Shown here: piece by piece, positions 1-10,266 of the stretch
How the letters are laid out: each line of letters starts with the position of its first letter
Position numbering within the stretch: position 1 is the stretch's first letter
Assembly: GCA_019347695.1 (NCBI GenBank)
Contig: JAHWKT010000001.1
Location: 24,230-88,229, forward strand
Direction: 5' to 3'
DNA: 64,000 nt
Source of the DNA: Actinomycetota bacterium
Lineage (GTDB): Bacteria > Actinomycetota > Nitriliruptoria > Euzebyales > JAHELV01
The notes under the pieces: generated by a model
Databases searched by the model: none
The model's input: only the letters and a program-made list of their open reading frames with translations
Told to the model about the DNA's origin: nothing
Made by a program: the position numbers and the translations under genes

Positions 1-1259
1 TCGGCGATCCACGCAGCGAGCGCCCATGGCTTGAACGTCGAGCCGGGCTGACGGCCCAGCCGGTCGGGGCCGCCCGTCGCCAGGTTGTACTGGTCGCGGG
101 CGTAGCGGCGTCCACCCACGAGTGCCCGGATCGCACCGTTGGAGGGATCCAGCGACACCAGCGCACCGGTCGGCACCTTGACGTCGGTGTCCTGGGCGCG
201 CAGCTCGGCGCGCAGCTGATCAAAGCGCTCTTTGTAGATCCGCTCGGCGGCCCGCTGCATCCGAAGGTTCAGCGTGGTCTTCACGGTCAGGCCGCGGTAC
301 GCCTGCGCGGTACCGAGCCGCTCCGCCAGCTCCTGCTCGACCATGTCCATGAAGAACGGGGCAGTGCCCGACCTGCGCTTGGCCCGCTTGGTGACCTCGG
401 GCGGCCGGGCGCGCAGATCGGCTGCGTCGCCACGATCGATCCACTCCTGCGCGAGCAGCTGGTCGATCACGTAGCCGTAGCGCTCGCTGGCCCGCTCGGG
501 GTTGTCCACGGGATCCGACGCAGACGGCGCGGGGATGAACCCGGCGAGCAGCGCCGACTCGGCGGGGGTCAGCTCGCCGACATTCTTGTCGAAGTAGGCG
601 CGGGCGGCGGCCTGGATGCCGTAGGCGCCGCGTCCGAAGTAGATGGTGTTGAGGTACCACTCGAGGATCTGGTCCTTGGAGACCTCCCGCTCCAGCTTCA
701 TGGCGAGCACCGCCTCGCGCGCCTTGCGCATCGCGGTCTGATCGGTGTCACCCGTGATCGTCTTGACGTACTGCTGACTGATGGTGGAGCCGCCCTGGCG
801 CACCTCTCCGGACCGCACGTTGCGGACGGCCGCGCGCACGATGCCCGGCAGGCTGACACCCTGGTGCTCGTAGAACTGCGCGTCCTCGGCGGCGAGCACC
901 GCCTGCCGGGTGTGCTCTGGCACCTGGTCGAGCTCGACGTCCTCGCGCGTGGCCTCGGCGTACAGCTCGCCGATCTCGCGCCCGCGGGTGTCGAGCACGA
1001 CGGTCGGGGTGGTGTCCAGCGCGCTGGGCAGCGGCACGGTGGCGACGGCGTACACGATGGCGCCGCCGATCGTCAGCGACACCAGCACGAAGACCAGCAG
1101 CAACCCGACCCAGAACCCCGGGCGCCGGTACCAGCGGCGGCGACGCGGCGGGCGCCTGGCGGCCCGACCGGGCGACAGCGGACGGCGTCCGCGGTTGGCG
1201 GGACGCGTGCGGGGCGCGGCATGCAGCACTGTGCGCCGCCCCATATGGCCGGTGCTCAT
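1..1259 (-). CDS. ponA: Class A penicillin-binding protein, N-terminal TM helix plus GT51 transglycosylase part (3' end runs off the window)
   Basis: My own minus-strand translation; the frame is absent from the ORF track because it has no stop in the window. It reads MSTGHMGRR...FWVGLLLVFVLV (TM)...AEDAQFYEHQGVSLPGIVRAAVRNVRSGEVRQGGSTISQQYVK...RKAREAVLAMKLEREVSKDQILE, which carries the GT51 motifs EDxxFxxHxG, GGSTIxQQ and RKxxE. Synteny matches ponA1 / Rv0049 / PadR / ino1. The start could instead be an upstream GTG (1265 or 1277). Confidence 0.85.
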   Translation of the reverse strand, partial: MSTGHMGRRTVLHAAPRTRPANRGRRPLSPGRAARRPPRRRRWYRRPGFWVGLLLVFVLVSLTIGGAIVYAVATVPLPSALDTTPTVVLDTRGREIGELYAEATREDVELDQVPEHTRQAVLAAEDAQFYEHQGVSLPGIVRAAVRNVRSGEVRQGGSTISQQYVKTITGDTDQTAMRKAREAVLAMKLEREVSKDQILEWYLNTIYFGRGAYGIQAAARAYFDKNVGELTPAESALLAGFIPAPSASDPVDNPERASERYGYVIDQLLAQEWIDRGDAADLRARPPEVTKRAKRRSGTAPFFMDMVEQELAERLGTAQAYRGLTVKTTLNLRMQRAAERIYKERFDQLRAELRAQDTDVKVPTGALVSLDPSNGAIRALVGGRRYARDQYNLATGGPDRLGRQPGSTFKPWALAAWIA

Positions 1260-1332
1260 GTGCACCGAGTCTGCCACCGGACCGCGGGGCCGCAGCGCCG
1301 GCTGAGCGCGACGTCACCGGCGGGCGCTGCGG

Positions 1333-1749
1333 TCAGGGCTTGTGCGCCTGCCCCATCAGCACGCTCTCATGCAGGTGGTTCCAGCCGCACACCAGGCAGC
1401 ACTCCACGGTGTAGGCGGTGAAGGAGTCGTGGTCGGAGGCGAGGTCGTCGAGCTCTTCGCGGGTCCACACCGGGGTGCCGGACCTCCGGCGAAGATCTCG
1501 GCCGAACACGTACGTGACGAGGCGCAGCGACGAGCTGCGGTCGGTGGCCACTCTGGCGCGCCGGTCAGCGAGCTCGCAGATGGGACACTGACGGTCACTG
1601 GGCGTGCCGATGTTGCGCGCGGCACGAAGCAGCTCGGGATGGGCATCGCAGACATCGCGCACCGAGATCGCGCCCTGCGACACCTGGCGCACGACCGCGC
1701 GCTTGGCCATCTGGTAGTCCGTGGAACCCTGCATCGTCGTCACCGGCAA
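1333..1749 (-). CDS. Conserved actinobacterial protein, Rv0049-like (DUF5318-type), Cys-rich
   Basis: 138-aa ORF with CPIC...CCLVC motifs. It lies between the PBP gene and the PadR/ino1 genes, as in mycobacteria and streptomycetes. Confidence 0.65.
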   Translation of the reverse strand: MPVTTMQGSTDYQMAKRAVVRQVSQGAISVRDVCDAHPELLRAARNIGTPSDRQCPICELADRRARVATDRSSSLRLVTYVFGRDLRRRSGTPVWTREELDDLASDHDSFTAYTVECCLVCGWNHLHESVLMGQAHKP

Positions 1750-1804
1750 GTGTAGGTGGGCGTCGGGATCCGCCGACGGGCGCGGCCGGTCCGCGGTGCT
1801 CCTG

Positions 1805-1841
1805 TCCGATCAACTACCTCCGATCAACTACCATAGATCGG
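1805..1841. promoter_or_regulatory. Putative operator in the DUF5318 / PadR divergent promoter region: perfect 14-bp tandem repeat plus an inverted repeat
   Basis: TCCGATCAACTACC occurs at 1805-1818 and again at 1819-1832. CCGATC (1820-1825) pairs with GATCGG (1836-1841). The site is 70-110 nt upstream of the PadR GTG start. Confidence 0.35.
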
Positions 1842-1914
1842 TCTGACATATCGGAGCGATACATCGACGCGATAGGATGGTCGCGTTGACGTCGCCCACG
1901 AACGAGGATCTGAC

Positions 1915-2559
1915 GTGTTGGAACTGGCCATCCTGGGGTTGCTCAAGGAGCGCCCGATGCATGGCTACGAGCTGCGCAAACAGCTGGCGCAGCGACTTGG
2001 CCTGTTCTGGACCGTGTCGTTCGGTTCGCTGTACCCGACGCTCAAGAAGCTCGAGCGCCGCGGCGTGGTTGAGAAGGTGGCCCCGACCGCCGAGGAGCGA
2101 CCGCGGCGCAAGCAGGAGTACCGCATCACCGACGCGGGCGAAGCCGACTTCCTCGAACTGCTCGAGCAGCTCGACGCGAACACGCTCGAGGAGGAGAAGT
2201 TCTCGCTGCGGCTGACCTTCTTCCGGTACCTGCGACCCGAGATCCGCCTGCGACTGCTCGAACGTCGACGCTCCTACCTGCACGAGCGGCTCGCGCAGGC
2301 CGATCGCGCGCTGGAACGCGCGCTGCGGCTGCGGGCCGACACCTACACGATCGCGTTGATGCGCCACGGTGTGAACGGCATCAACAACGACATCGCCTGG
2401 CTCGATGAGCTGATCGCCGCCGAACGCGTCCGCATCGCCGAGGAGCTGGGTGTCACCGCCGATGCGGAGCCGGGCGCGACATCCGCGACTGACGACGCCG
2501 GAACCCCGAGACCCGACATCGAACCGCCGGTCCTTCGCCGCCAAGAACCCCAGGCCTGA
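1915..2559 (+). CDS. PadR family transcriptional regulator
   Basis: N-terminus [23 protein letters not shown]...[17 protein letters not shown] is a typical PadR winged helix. GAGGA lies 6 nt upstream of the GTG. Synteny with Rv0047c. Confidence 0.85.
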   Translation: MLELAILGLLKERPMHGYELRKQLAQRLGLFWTVSFGSLYPTLKKLERRGVVEKVAPTAEERPRRKQEYRITDAGEADFLELLEQLDANTLEEEKFSLRLTFFRYLRPEIRLRLLERRRSYLHERLAQADRALERALRLRADTYTIALMRHGVNGINNDIAWLDELIAAERVRIAEELGVTADAEPGATSATDDAGTPRPDIEPPVLRRQEPQA

Positions 2560-2611
2560 TCATCCGACCAGCGATCAACGCCTGCGGGCGTCGACGCAAG
2601 GAGCACACCTC

Positions 2612-3742
2612 ATGGCTAACCCCCGCTCAGCTTCGCCGATCCGCGTCGCCATCGTCGGCGTCGGCAACTGTGCCAGCTCGCTCGTGCAGGGCGTGCACTA
2701 CTACGAGGACGTCCAACCCGACGGGGACGTGCCTGGTCTGATGCACGTCGATCTGGGTGGCTACCACGTCCGCGACCTCGAGTTCGTCGCGGCGTTCGAC
2801 GTCGACGCCAAGAAGGTCGGCCGCGACCTGGCCGAGGCCATCGTCGCCCCTCCCAACAACACGATCCGGTTCGCCGAGGTGCCGCCGGTCGGTGTGGACG
2901 TCGTGCGCGGCCCGACCCTGGACGGCTTCGGCGAGTACTACCGTTCGGTCAGCGAGGAGAGCGACGCCGCTCCCGTCGACGTCGCACAGGTGCTGCGCGA
3001 GACGGCCGCTGACGTGCTGGTCAGCTACCTGCCGGTCGGGTCCGAGCAGGCGGCCAGGTTCTACGCGGAGCAGGCGCTCGAGGCCGGCGTGGCGTTCGTC
3101 AACTGCCTGCCGGTCTTCATCGCCAGCGACCCGGTGTGGGCCGACCGCTTCTCCAGCGCCGGCGTGCCCATCATCGGTGACGACATCAAGTCCCAGGTCG
3201 GCGCCACGATCACCCACCGCATGCTGGCCCGCCTGTTCGAGGACCGGGGCGCGGCCATCGACCGCACGTACCAGCTGAACTTCGGCGGCAACATGGACTT
3301 CATGAACATGCTGGAGCGCAGCCGCCTGAGCTCCAAGAAGGTCTCCAAGACCCAGTCGGTGACGAGCCAGCTCGACGCCCCGATCGGACGTGACGACATC
3401 CACATCGGCCCCAGCGACCACGTGCCGTGGCTCGAGGACCGCAAGTGGGCGTACATCCGCATGGAGGGCCGCAACTTCGGCGACGTGCCGATCAGTGTGG
3501 AGATCAAGCTCGAGGTCTGGGACTCGCCGAACTCGGCCGGTGTCGTGATCGATGCGGTCCGGTGTGCCAAGCTGGCGCTCGACCGAGGGATCGGTGGTCC
3601 GCTGCTCGGGCCGTCAAGCTACTTCATGAAGTCGCCGCCCGCGCAGTTCACCGACGACGTGTGCCACCGGATGGTCGAGGAGTTCATCGCCGGCCCGATC
3701 GGCGACTTCGCCGTCGATCTCGCCGAGCACGCCACCCGCTGA
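2612..3742 (+). CDS. ino1: Inositol-3-phosphate synthase (mycothiol / phosphatidylinositol precursor)
   Basis: [31 protein letters not shown]...[19 protein letters not shown] lies 8 nt upstream of the ATG at 2612. The ORF-track start at 2450 is probably too far upstream. Confidence 0.9.
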   Translation: MANPRSASPIRVAIVGVGNCASSLVQGVHYYEDVQPDGDVPGLMHVDLGGYHVRDLEFVAAFDVDAKKVGRDLAEAIVAPPNNTIRFAEVPPVGVDVVRGPTLDGFGEYYRSVSEESDAAPVDVAQVLRETAADVLVSYLPVGSEQAARFYAEQALEAGVAFVNCLPVFIASDPVWADRFSSAGVPIIGDDIKSQVGATITHRMLARLFEDRGAAIDRTYQLNFGGNMDFMNMLERSRLSSKKVSKTQSVTSQLDAPIGRDDIHIGPSDHVPWLEDRKWAYIRMEGRNFGDVPISVEIKLEVWDSPNSAGVVIDAVRCAKLALDRGIGGPLLGPSSYFMKSPPAQFTDDVCHRMVEEFIAGPIGDFAVDLAEHATR

Positions 3743-4121
3743 TCGGTCCGGTGGCCCCCACGTACCCGCTGCGCCCGACGGGCGCGTAGCGCCAGCCGAT
3801 GCACCGCGCGACCGCACCGACGGGCACCGGCCCGAACGTGCGGCTGTCGGTGCTCGCGGACGGGTTGTCGCCCCGCACGTCGACACGATCGCCGGCGACC
3901 GCGTGCACCCGCTTGAGCAGCAGCCGACGCGGTACCCGGGGATCCGCGGCGACGACGAGGTGGCCGACCCGGGGCCGGCCGACGACCCGCAGGAGCACGA
4001 GGCGGTCCCCGGGCGCCAGGGTCGGCAGCATGCTCGTGCCGGCAACCACCACATGACGGACCCGGTGCCGTGCACCGGCGGCGGCCGTCGCGAGGAGCAC
4101 GATGATTATCGGCGTGCGCAC
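3684..4121 (-). CDS. sodX: NiSOD maturation protease (S26 signal-peptidase family)
   Basis: GTSMLPTL (Ser nucleophile), LLKRV (Lys) and [11 protein letters not shown]. Divergently paired with sodN. Its 3' end overlaps the ino1 3' end by 59 nt. Confidence 0.75.
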   Translation of the reverse strand: MRTPIIIVLLATAAAGARHRVRHVVVAGTSMLPTLAPGDRLVLLRVVGRPRVGHLVVAADPRVPRRLLLKRVHAVAGDRVDVRGDNPSASTDSRTFGPVPVGAVARCIGWRYAPVGRSGYVGATGPISGWRARRDRRRSRRSGRR

Positions 4122-4186
4122 GCGGATATCCTAGCGACTCCGTCCGATTCAGTTGTGTCCACGGGTTCCAAGGAGTCTGAATACCT

Positions 4187-4636
4187 ATGAAGATCAGCAC
4201 CCGACTGCTCGCGCTGCTCGATCGCGTCGCGCCGCCGACCACGGTGCACGCCCACTGTGACATCCCGTGTGGTGTCTACGACCCCGAGCAGGCTCGCATC
4301 GAGGCCGAGTCCTGCTTCAAGATCGCCCAGAAGTACGCCGACTCCGACGACGAGACGTTCCGTCAGCGGTGTCTGATCGTCAAGGAGGAGCGGGCGGAGC
4401 TCGCCAAGCACCACATCTCGGTGCTGTTCAGCGACCGCTTCAAGCCCGAGCACCTCGACGAGTTCCCGAATCTGCAGGACACCTTCTGGCGTGCACTCAA
4501 GCAGTGCTCCGAGGTCAAGCGGAGCATGGACCCGTCCGAGGGCCAGAAGCTGCTCGACCTGATCGACGAGATCGACGACATGTGGAAGAAGACCGGCGGA
4601 CTCGAGGAGACGAGGGTCAACGGCCGGCCTGGTTAG
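4187..4636 (+). CDS. sodN: Nickel-containing superoxide dismutase precursor
   Basis: A propeptide is followed by the Ni-hook HCDIPCGVYDP. AAGGAG RBS upstream. Confidence 0.95.
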   Translation: MKISTRLLALLDRVAPPTTVHAHCDIPCGVYDPEQARIEAESCFKIAQKYADSDDETFRQRCLIVKEERAELAKHHISVLFSDRFKPEHLDEFPNLQDTFWRALKQCSEVKRSMDPSEGQKLLDLIDEIDDMWKKTGGLEETRVNGRPG

Positions 4637-4660
4637 GCGGCGGCGTTCGACTGATCGGCA

Positions 4661-4692
4661 CCGCGGGCCCCGTCACACGGCGGGGCCCGCGG
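4661..4692 (+). terminator. GC-rich hairpin downstream of sodN (12-bp perfect stem)
   Basis: CCGCGGGCCCCG (4661-4672) pairs with CGGGGCCCGCGG (4681-4692), with an 8-nt loop. No U-tract, which is common in high-GC actinobacteria. Confidence 0.55.
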
Positions 4693-4732
4693 CCGTGACG
4701 CGTGCACCGAGCTGACGACTGCGGCCGCCACA

Positions 4733-6940
4733 TTGCCCCGCTCCAACCACCGCACGGCCCTGCGCGAGCTCGCGGACGCGGCCGGCGTCGCCGTTGCGTA
4801 CACCGCGTCCGGTTCGACCCACCGTCCGCCGGACGCCACGCTGCAGGCCGTGCTCACCGCGCTGGGTCATTCGTGCGCCGACGAGCGCGCCGCGCGGCTG
4901 GCACTGCGACAGCTGCGCCGACGGCCATGGACCCGACAGATCGATCCAGTGGTAGTCGTGCGGCGCGCTACGGACGATGGCGCGCGCCGCCAGCACACGC
5001 CGGTTCACCCGGCCAGGGTCACCGTGAGCGCCGGCGTCGGGGTCACACCCCGGCTGCGGCTGACGCTTGAGGACGCCACGCACCGGCCGGTGTCGGAGGT
5101 GCGGTGGGGCGGCCGCATCGACCGCCCCGACGGCGCCAGGCGGCGCGGCAGCATCGCGTTGCCGAACGATCTGCCGCTCGGGTACCACCAGCTCGACATC
5201 GACGATGGCATCGCGCAGGCCACCTGCACCGTGATCGTCGCGCCGGAGCGCGCCCCGTCGCTCGGCGCTGCGCGGCGGTGGGGCTGGATGCTCCAGCTGT
5301 ACGCCGTGCGGTCGAGCGCCAGCTGGGGGCAGGGGGAGTACCGGGATCTCGGTGTGCTCGCGACATGGAGCGCGGAGCAGGGCGCCGACTTCCTGTTGAT
5401 CAACCCCGTGCACGCCGTCGCGCCCGACCTGCCGATCCAGCCGTCGCCGTACTCGCCGACCAGCCGCCGGTTCTACGATCCGTGCTACCTGCACGTGCCC
5501 GACATCGACGGGTTCGCCGGCCTGTCGGCGGAGGAGCTGGCGGCGCTGACCCGTCTGCCGCCAGCGCTGCAGCCGGACAGCGACCGCATCGACCGGGACG
5601 CGATCTGGGAACACAAGCGAGCGGCGTTGTGGACCTTGTTCGCAGACCGCGACGCCACCGGGCAGGCGGCGTTGGACGCCTTCCGACACGACGGGGGAGT
5701 GTCACTGTGGCGGTTCGCGACCTTCTGTGGGATCGCCGAGCACCATGGCACCCCGTTCCACCAGTGGCCCGCCGCGCTGCGAGACCCCCGTGCGGCGGCG
5801 GTGGCCAGCTGGGCCCGCGACCACGATCAGCTGATCGCGTTCCACTGCTGGCTGCAGCTGCAGTGCGTGCGCCAGCTGTCTGGCGCCCAGCACCGCGCGA
5901 CGGCCGCAGGTATGACCATCGGCGTGATCCACGACCTCGCCGTCGGAGTCGAGCCGGGTGGTGCCGACGTCTGGGCGCTGCCCGACGAGTTCGCCCGATC
6001 GATGCGCGTCGGCGCACCACCGGATGCCTTCAACCAGCAGGGCCAGGAGTGGGGCCAGCCGCCCCCGCTGCCGGGCGCCATGCGTGCGCACGGCTACCGG
6101 ACACAGCGGGAGATCCTGCGAGCGGCCCTGACCGTGGGCGGCGGCCTGCGCATCGACCACATCCTCGGCTTGTCCCGGCTGTTCTGGATCCCACACGACG
6201 CCGGCCCGGCGGACGGCACCTATGTGCGCTACCCGGCCGATGAGCAGTTCGCGGTGCTGGCGCTCGAGGCGCACCGCGCCGGCGCGCCCGTCATCGGCGA
6301 GGATCTGGGGACCGTGGACGACCGCATCCGGCGGCTGATGCGCCGCCGTCGGGTCGCCGGCAGCGCGGTCGTCTACTTCGAGATGGACGGGGCGCATCCG
6401 CGGCCGGCCGCGCGGTACCGCCGCAACGCGCTCGCATCGGTGACCACCCACGACCTGCCGACCGCGACGGGCTGGTGGGACGGGTCTGCGTTCGACGTGC
6501 GTACCCGCCTCGGCCTGCTGATGCAGCCGGTCGAGGACGCGACCGCAGAGGTGACCCGCGAGCGGGAGGCTATGGAAGCGCTCCTCGTCGGTGCGGGGTT
6601 CCTCGACCCTGATGGCGCGACCGTGCGCGACCGGGTGCTGGCGATGTACCGCTTACTGTCGGCGACATGCTCGCGGCTCGTCGCCGTCGCGCTGTGGGAC
6701 GCGGTCGGCGATCCCCGCCAACCCAACGTGCCGGGCACGGTCGACGCGTATCCGAACTGGCGCCTGCCGCTGGCGGCCCCGACGCCGGCCGGACCACGGC
6801 CCGTCACCGTCGAGCAGCTCGATGGACTCGCACCGGTACGCCAGATGGTCGACGTCGTGCACCCCCGGGCGGGCACGCGTGCCGACGACATCGCCCGCGC
6901 GCCAGCCGGACAGGCGTACGGCAACCGTCAAGAGCCCTGA
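4733..6940 (+). CDS. malQ: 4-alpha-glucanotransferase (amylomaltase, GH77)
   Basis: YSPTSRRFYDPCYL, LRIDHILGLSRLFWIP, VIGEDLGTV and TTHDLPT motifs. TTG start as given in the track; the exact start is uncertain. Confidence 0.9.
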   Translation: MPRSNHRTALRELADAAGVAVAYTASGSTHRPPDATLQAVLTALGHSCADERAARLALRQLRRRPWTRQIDPVVVVRRATDDGARRQHTPVHPARVTVSAGVGVTPRLRLTLEDATHRPVSEVRWGGRIDRPDGARRRGSIALPNDLPLGYHQLDIDDGIAQATCTVIVAPERAPSLGAARRWGWMLQLYAVRSSASWGQGEYRDLGVLATWSAEQGADFLLINPVHAVAPDLPIQPSPYSPTSRRFYDPCYLHVPDIDGFAGLSAEELAALTRLPPALQPDSDRIDRDAIWEHKRAALWTLFADRDATGQAALDAFRHDGGVSLWRFATFCGIAEHHGTPFHQWPAALRDPRAAAVASWARDHDQLIAFHCWLQLQCVRQLSGAQHRATAAGMTIGVIHDLAVGVEPGGADVWALPDEFARSMRVGAPPDAFNQQGQEWGQPPPLPGAMRAHGYRTQREILRAALTVGGGLRIDHILGLSRLFWIPHDAGPADGTYVRYPADEQFAVLALEAHRAGAPVIGEDLGTVDDRIRRLMRRRRVAGSAVVYFEMDGAHPRPAARYRRNALASVTTHDLPTATGWWDGSAFDVRTRLGLLMQPVEDATAEVTREREAMEALLVGAGFLDPDGATVRDRVLAMYRLLSATCSRLVAVALWDAVGDPRQPNVPGTVDAYPNWRLPLAAPTPAGPRPVTVEQLDGLAPVRQMVDVVHPRAGTRADDIARAPAGQAYGNRQEP

Positions 6941-7131
6941 TAGGCCGCCGCCCAACGGCGTACACGCGGCGGTGCTGGTGCGGTCTGCACCTTCGGGCTG
7001 ACCTCCTTGTACTAAGAGCCATGTTGGTACTACGTTGCGTGAAGTTCGCGGACGCGCGAGTGCACTCCTCTGGGGTGGACCGACCGCGCCGCACACGAAA
7101 TTCACCTAGCGGACACACAAGGCGGGAGCGT

Positions 7132-8790
7132 GTGACGGCACATCAGTTGCCGGACGACGAAGCGGCCGCCCCGGTACTGGTCGTCGACGACGACCAAGCG
7201 ATCCGCACGCTGTTCGTCAGCGTGCTGCGGGCAGCGGGAGTGCGCGCGATCGCGGTCGCTACCGGGGACGAGGCGCTCGCCGTCCTGGATCGGCGCAAGA
7301 TCGCAGCGCTGCTGCTCGACAGCAACCTGCCCGACACCTCGGGCGCTCGACTGCTCCAGATCCTGCGGGAGCGCGAGGACTCCAGAACGTTGCCCGTGAT
7401 CGTCGTGACCGACGAGTCCGACATCGACCATCGCGTCACCGCGCTGGAAGCGGGCGCGGACGACTACCTCACGAAGCCGATCCACGTACAGGAGCTGGTG
7501 GCACGCGTGCGCGCGCAGCTGCGCGGGCAGGCCGAGTGGCTCAGCGTGCTCGGCACGCGGATGCGCGAACGCAACCAGGTGCTGTCCGCGCTGACGCGCG
7601 GACGCCCGTCACACTCGCCATCCGAGACGGCGGAGCTGATCTGCTCGCGGCTGGCGCAGCTGCCAGGCCTCGACGGCGCCGGCGTCTACGCCTTCATCGG
7701 CGACGGCGCGATCATCCCGCTGGCGCTCCACGGCGCGTTCGGGCCACAGATCCGTGTCGGGCGGCCGCTGCCCGCCGCGCTCGCGACGCGACTGCGCGAA
7801 CGTGCCACCAGCGGACCGTGGTCGGAGCGCGCGTCGCCCACCGTCGGCGACACGATGTCGTCGGCCAACCCGACCGGCTCACGCGGCGAGACCGCCTGGG
7901 CGCCACTGCGCTCCCGGGGCGACCTGCTCGGCCTGCTCGCGGTCACCGGCAGTGAGTCGACCGGCGACGTGTTCGGTCGGAGCCTATCGCTGGCGATCGA
8001 TGTGTCCGCCGTCGCCGCGGCGCTGCTCGCGCCGTCGCTGGAGAGCTGGAGCCAGTCCGAGACGCTGCGCAGCGTCATCCGCCAGGTGATCGACCAGCGC
8101 ACCTTCGCGACGGTGTTCCAGCCGATCGTCGAGCTCGACACCATGCGGGTGATCGGCCACGAGGCGCTCACGCGGTTCCACGACGGCACGAGCCCCGAGC
8201 TGCGCTTCGCGGAGGCGGCCGAGGTCGGGCTGGGGGTGTCGCTCGAGACCGCCACGATCAGCAACGCGTTGGAGGCGCTGCGGTCCGTGTCGGACGTCGG
8301 GATGGTCAGCGTCAACGTCTCACCCCTCGTGTTGGTCGCCTGCCCCGACCTGGGCGACATCCTCGCCCGCGCCGACCGTCCGGTCGTGCTCGAGCTGACC
8401 GAGCACGACCGCATCGACGACTACCCCCGCGTCCGCCAGGCGGTCGACGCTCTCGGACCACAGGTGCGGCTGTCCGTCGACGACGCGGGCTCCGGGTACG
8501 CGTGCCTGACCCATGTCCTCGCCCTGCGACCAGCGTTCACCAAACTGGACCGCGGCTGGGTGCACGGCATCGCGACCGACCCGGTGCGTCAGGCGCTGGT
8601 CGCCGGCCTGCAGCACTTCGCTCACCGCAGTGGCTGCCGGCTGATCGCTGAAGGTGTGGAGACCCCCGAGCAGCTCGAGACGCTGCGGGACCTCGGCGTC
8701 ACCTTCGGGCAGGGGTTCCTGCTGGGCGCGCCGAAGCCGGCACCCGGCCACCCGCTCGTCGAGCCCGCGCTGGAGACAGCGAACCACTAA
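7132..8790 (+). CDS. Response regulator: receiver + GAF-like middle region + EAL c-di-GMP phosphodiesterase
   Basis: Receiver: VLVVDDD...LLLDSNLPD...LTKP. EAL domain: FQPIVEL..EALTRF, ELTEHD, DDAGSGY, KLD, EGVETPEQ, QGF. Start moved to the GTG at 7132 (in frame with track ORF 6667) after the SD-like GGCGGGAG. Confidence 0.85.
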   Translation: MTAHQLPDDEAAAPVLVVDDDQAIRTLFVSVLRAAGVRAIAVATGDEALAVLDRRKIAALLLDSNLPDTSGARLLQILREREDSRTLPVIVVTDESDIDHRVTALEAGADDYLTKPIHVQELVARVRAQLRGQAEWLSVLGTRMRERNQVLSALTRGRPSHSPSETAELICSRLAQLPGLDGAGVYAFIGDGAIIPLALHGAFGPQIRVGRPLPAALATRLRERATSGPWSERASPTVGDTMSSANPTGSRGETAWAPLRSRGDLLGLLAVTGSESTGDVFGRSLSLAIDVSAVAAALLAPSLESWSQSETLRSVIRQVIDQRTFATVFQPIVELDTMRVIGHEALTRFHDGTSPELRFAEAAEVGLGVSLETATISNALEALRSVSDVGMVSVNVSPLVLVACPDLGDILARADRPVVLELTEHDRIDDYPRVRQAVDALGPQVRLSVDDAGSGYACLTHVLALRPAFTKLDRGWVHGIATDPVRQALVAGLQHFAHRSGCRLIAEGVETPEQLETLRDLGVTFGQGFLLGAPKPAPGHPLVEPALETANH

Positions 8791-8791
8791 C

Positions 8792-10201
8792 TCAGCTGCG
8801 GTCGCGCGACCACTCGTCGAGCAGCGCGTAGCCCTGCGCGGCGGTCATCGGGCCCCGTTCGATCCTCGCCTCGAGCAGGTAGCGGTAGGCCTCGCCGACC
8901 AACGGGCCTGGCGCGATCCCGAGATGGGCCATGATCTGGTGTCCATCGAGCGGCGGGCGGATCGCCGACAGCTCCTCGTCACGCTCCAGCTGCGCGATGC
9001 GCGCTTCGAGATCGTCCATCGCCGACGCCAGCGCCCGGGCCTTGCGGCGGTTCTGGGTCGTGACGTCCGCTCTGGTCAGCAGGTTCAGACGGCGCAGCTG
9101 CTCGGGGGACCCGGCATCGCGGACGTAGCGTCGCACCGCCGAGTCCGTCCATCCCCGCTCCTGATAGCCGTGGAAGCGCAGATGCAGTGCCACCAGCTGT
9201 GTGATCTGGTCGATCATCTGCTTCGGGTACCGCAGCTCGATCAACCGTTCCCGAGCCATCCTGGCGCCCACGACCTCGTGGTGGTGGAACGTCACCCTTC
9301 CGCCGGGCGCGAACCGTCGCGTCGCGGGCTTGCCGATGTCGTGGAGCAGTCCGGCGAGGCGCAGCACGAGGTCATCGGCCGGACATCCCGCAACCACCGC
9401 CAGCGTGTGCGCGTACACGTCCTTGTGACGATGGCCGGGATCGCGTTGCATCCGCAGCGCCGGCAGCTCGGGCAGGAACTCGTCGGCGAGCCCGGTCGCG
9501 CAGAGCAGGTCGAGCCCACGAGCCACCGCCGGTGCGACGATCAGCTTGTTCAGCTCGTCGCGGATCCGCTCCCGGCTGATGCTCGACAGGTGTCGAGCCA
9601 TCTGGCTCGCGGCGCGGCGCGCATCGTCGTCCACGTCGGCGTCGAGCACGGCGGCGAACCGGGCCAGCCGAACCATGCGCAGCGGATCGTCGCCGAAGCT
9701 GGTCGTCGCCGACAACGGGGTGCGCAGCAGGCCGCGCCGCAGGTCGGCCAGACCCCCGAACGGATCGACGAACCGTCGGCTGCGCAGATCGACGGCCATC
9801 GCGTTGCAGGTGAAGTCGCGTCGGGACAGGTCGACGGTGATGTCGTCGCCGAAGCGCACGTCAGGGTGCCGCGAGCCCGCCTGGTAGCTGTCCGACCGGA
9901 ACGTGGTGACCTCGTAGGTCCGGCTCGCCCGCACCGCGGTCACCGTCCCGAACCGGGCACCGGTCAGCCACAGCTGATCCGCCCAGCCGCGGAGCAGGTG
10001 CTCGGTCTCGTCGGGCCGCGCGGACGTCGCCAGATCGAGGTCGCCGCCGGACTGGCCACGCAGCAGCGTGTCACGGACCGTGCCGCCCACCAGGTACAGC
10101 TCGTGGCCGGCCGTGGCGAAGCGCTCGGCGAGCTCGTCGGCCTCGGGATAGACCGCGACCAGCTCGCCGAGCTGGCGTTGTTGGGTGTCGGCGTCGACCA
10201 T
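8792..10201 (-). CDS. cca: CCA tRNA nucleotidyltransferase with HD domain
   Basis: LYLVGGTVRDTLLG..DLDLAT and LLHDIGKP. Synteny with Rv3907c pcnA. Confidence 0.9.
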   Translation of the reverse strand: MVDADTQQRQLGELVAVYPEADELAERFATAGHELYLVGGTVRDTLLRGQSGGDLDLATSARPDETEHLLRGWADQLWLTGARFGTVTAVRASRTYEVTTFRSDSYQAGSRHPDVRFGDDITVDLSRRDFTCNAMAVDLRSRRFVDPFGGLADLRRGLLRTPLSATTSFGDDPLRMVRLARFAAVLDADVDDDARRAASQMARHLSSISRERIRDELNKLIVAPAVARGLDLLCATGLADEFLPELPALRMQRDPGHRHKDVYAHTLAVVAGCPADDLVLRLAGLLHDIGKPATRRFAPGGRVTFHHHEVVGARMARERLIELRYPKQMIDQITQLVALHLRFHGYQERGWTDSAVRRYVRDAGSPEQLRRLNLLTRADVTTQNRRKARALASAMDDLEARIAQLERDEELSAIRPPLDGHQIMAHLGIAPGPLVGEAYRYLLEARIERGPMTAAQGYALLDEWSRDRS

Positions 10202-10266
10202 GGTCGCGCCATCGTAGTCGGCGCTGCACCGCCGCCATCACCCGGCCGACACGTACCGCGTGCGCC

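Noticed and set aside
3684-3742. The 59-nt convergent overlap of the ino1 and sodX 3' ends, considered as an antisense-regulation feature.
   Set aside because: The overlapping sodX tail is Arg-rich low-complexity sequence and may simply be a non-essential extension. Convergent overlaps are common in compact high-GC genomes.
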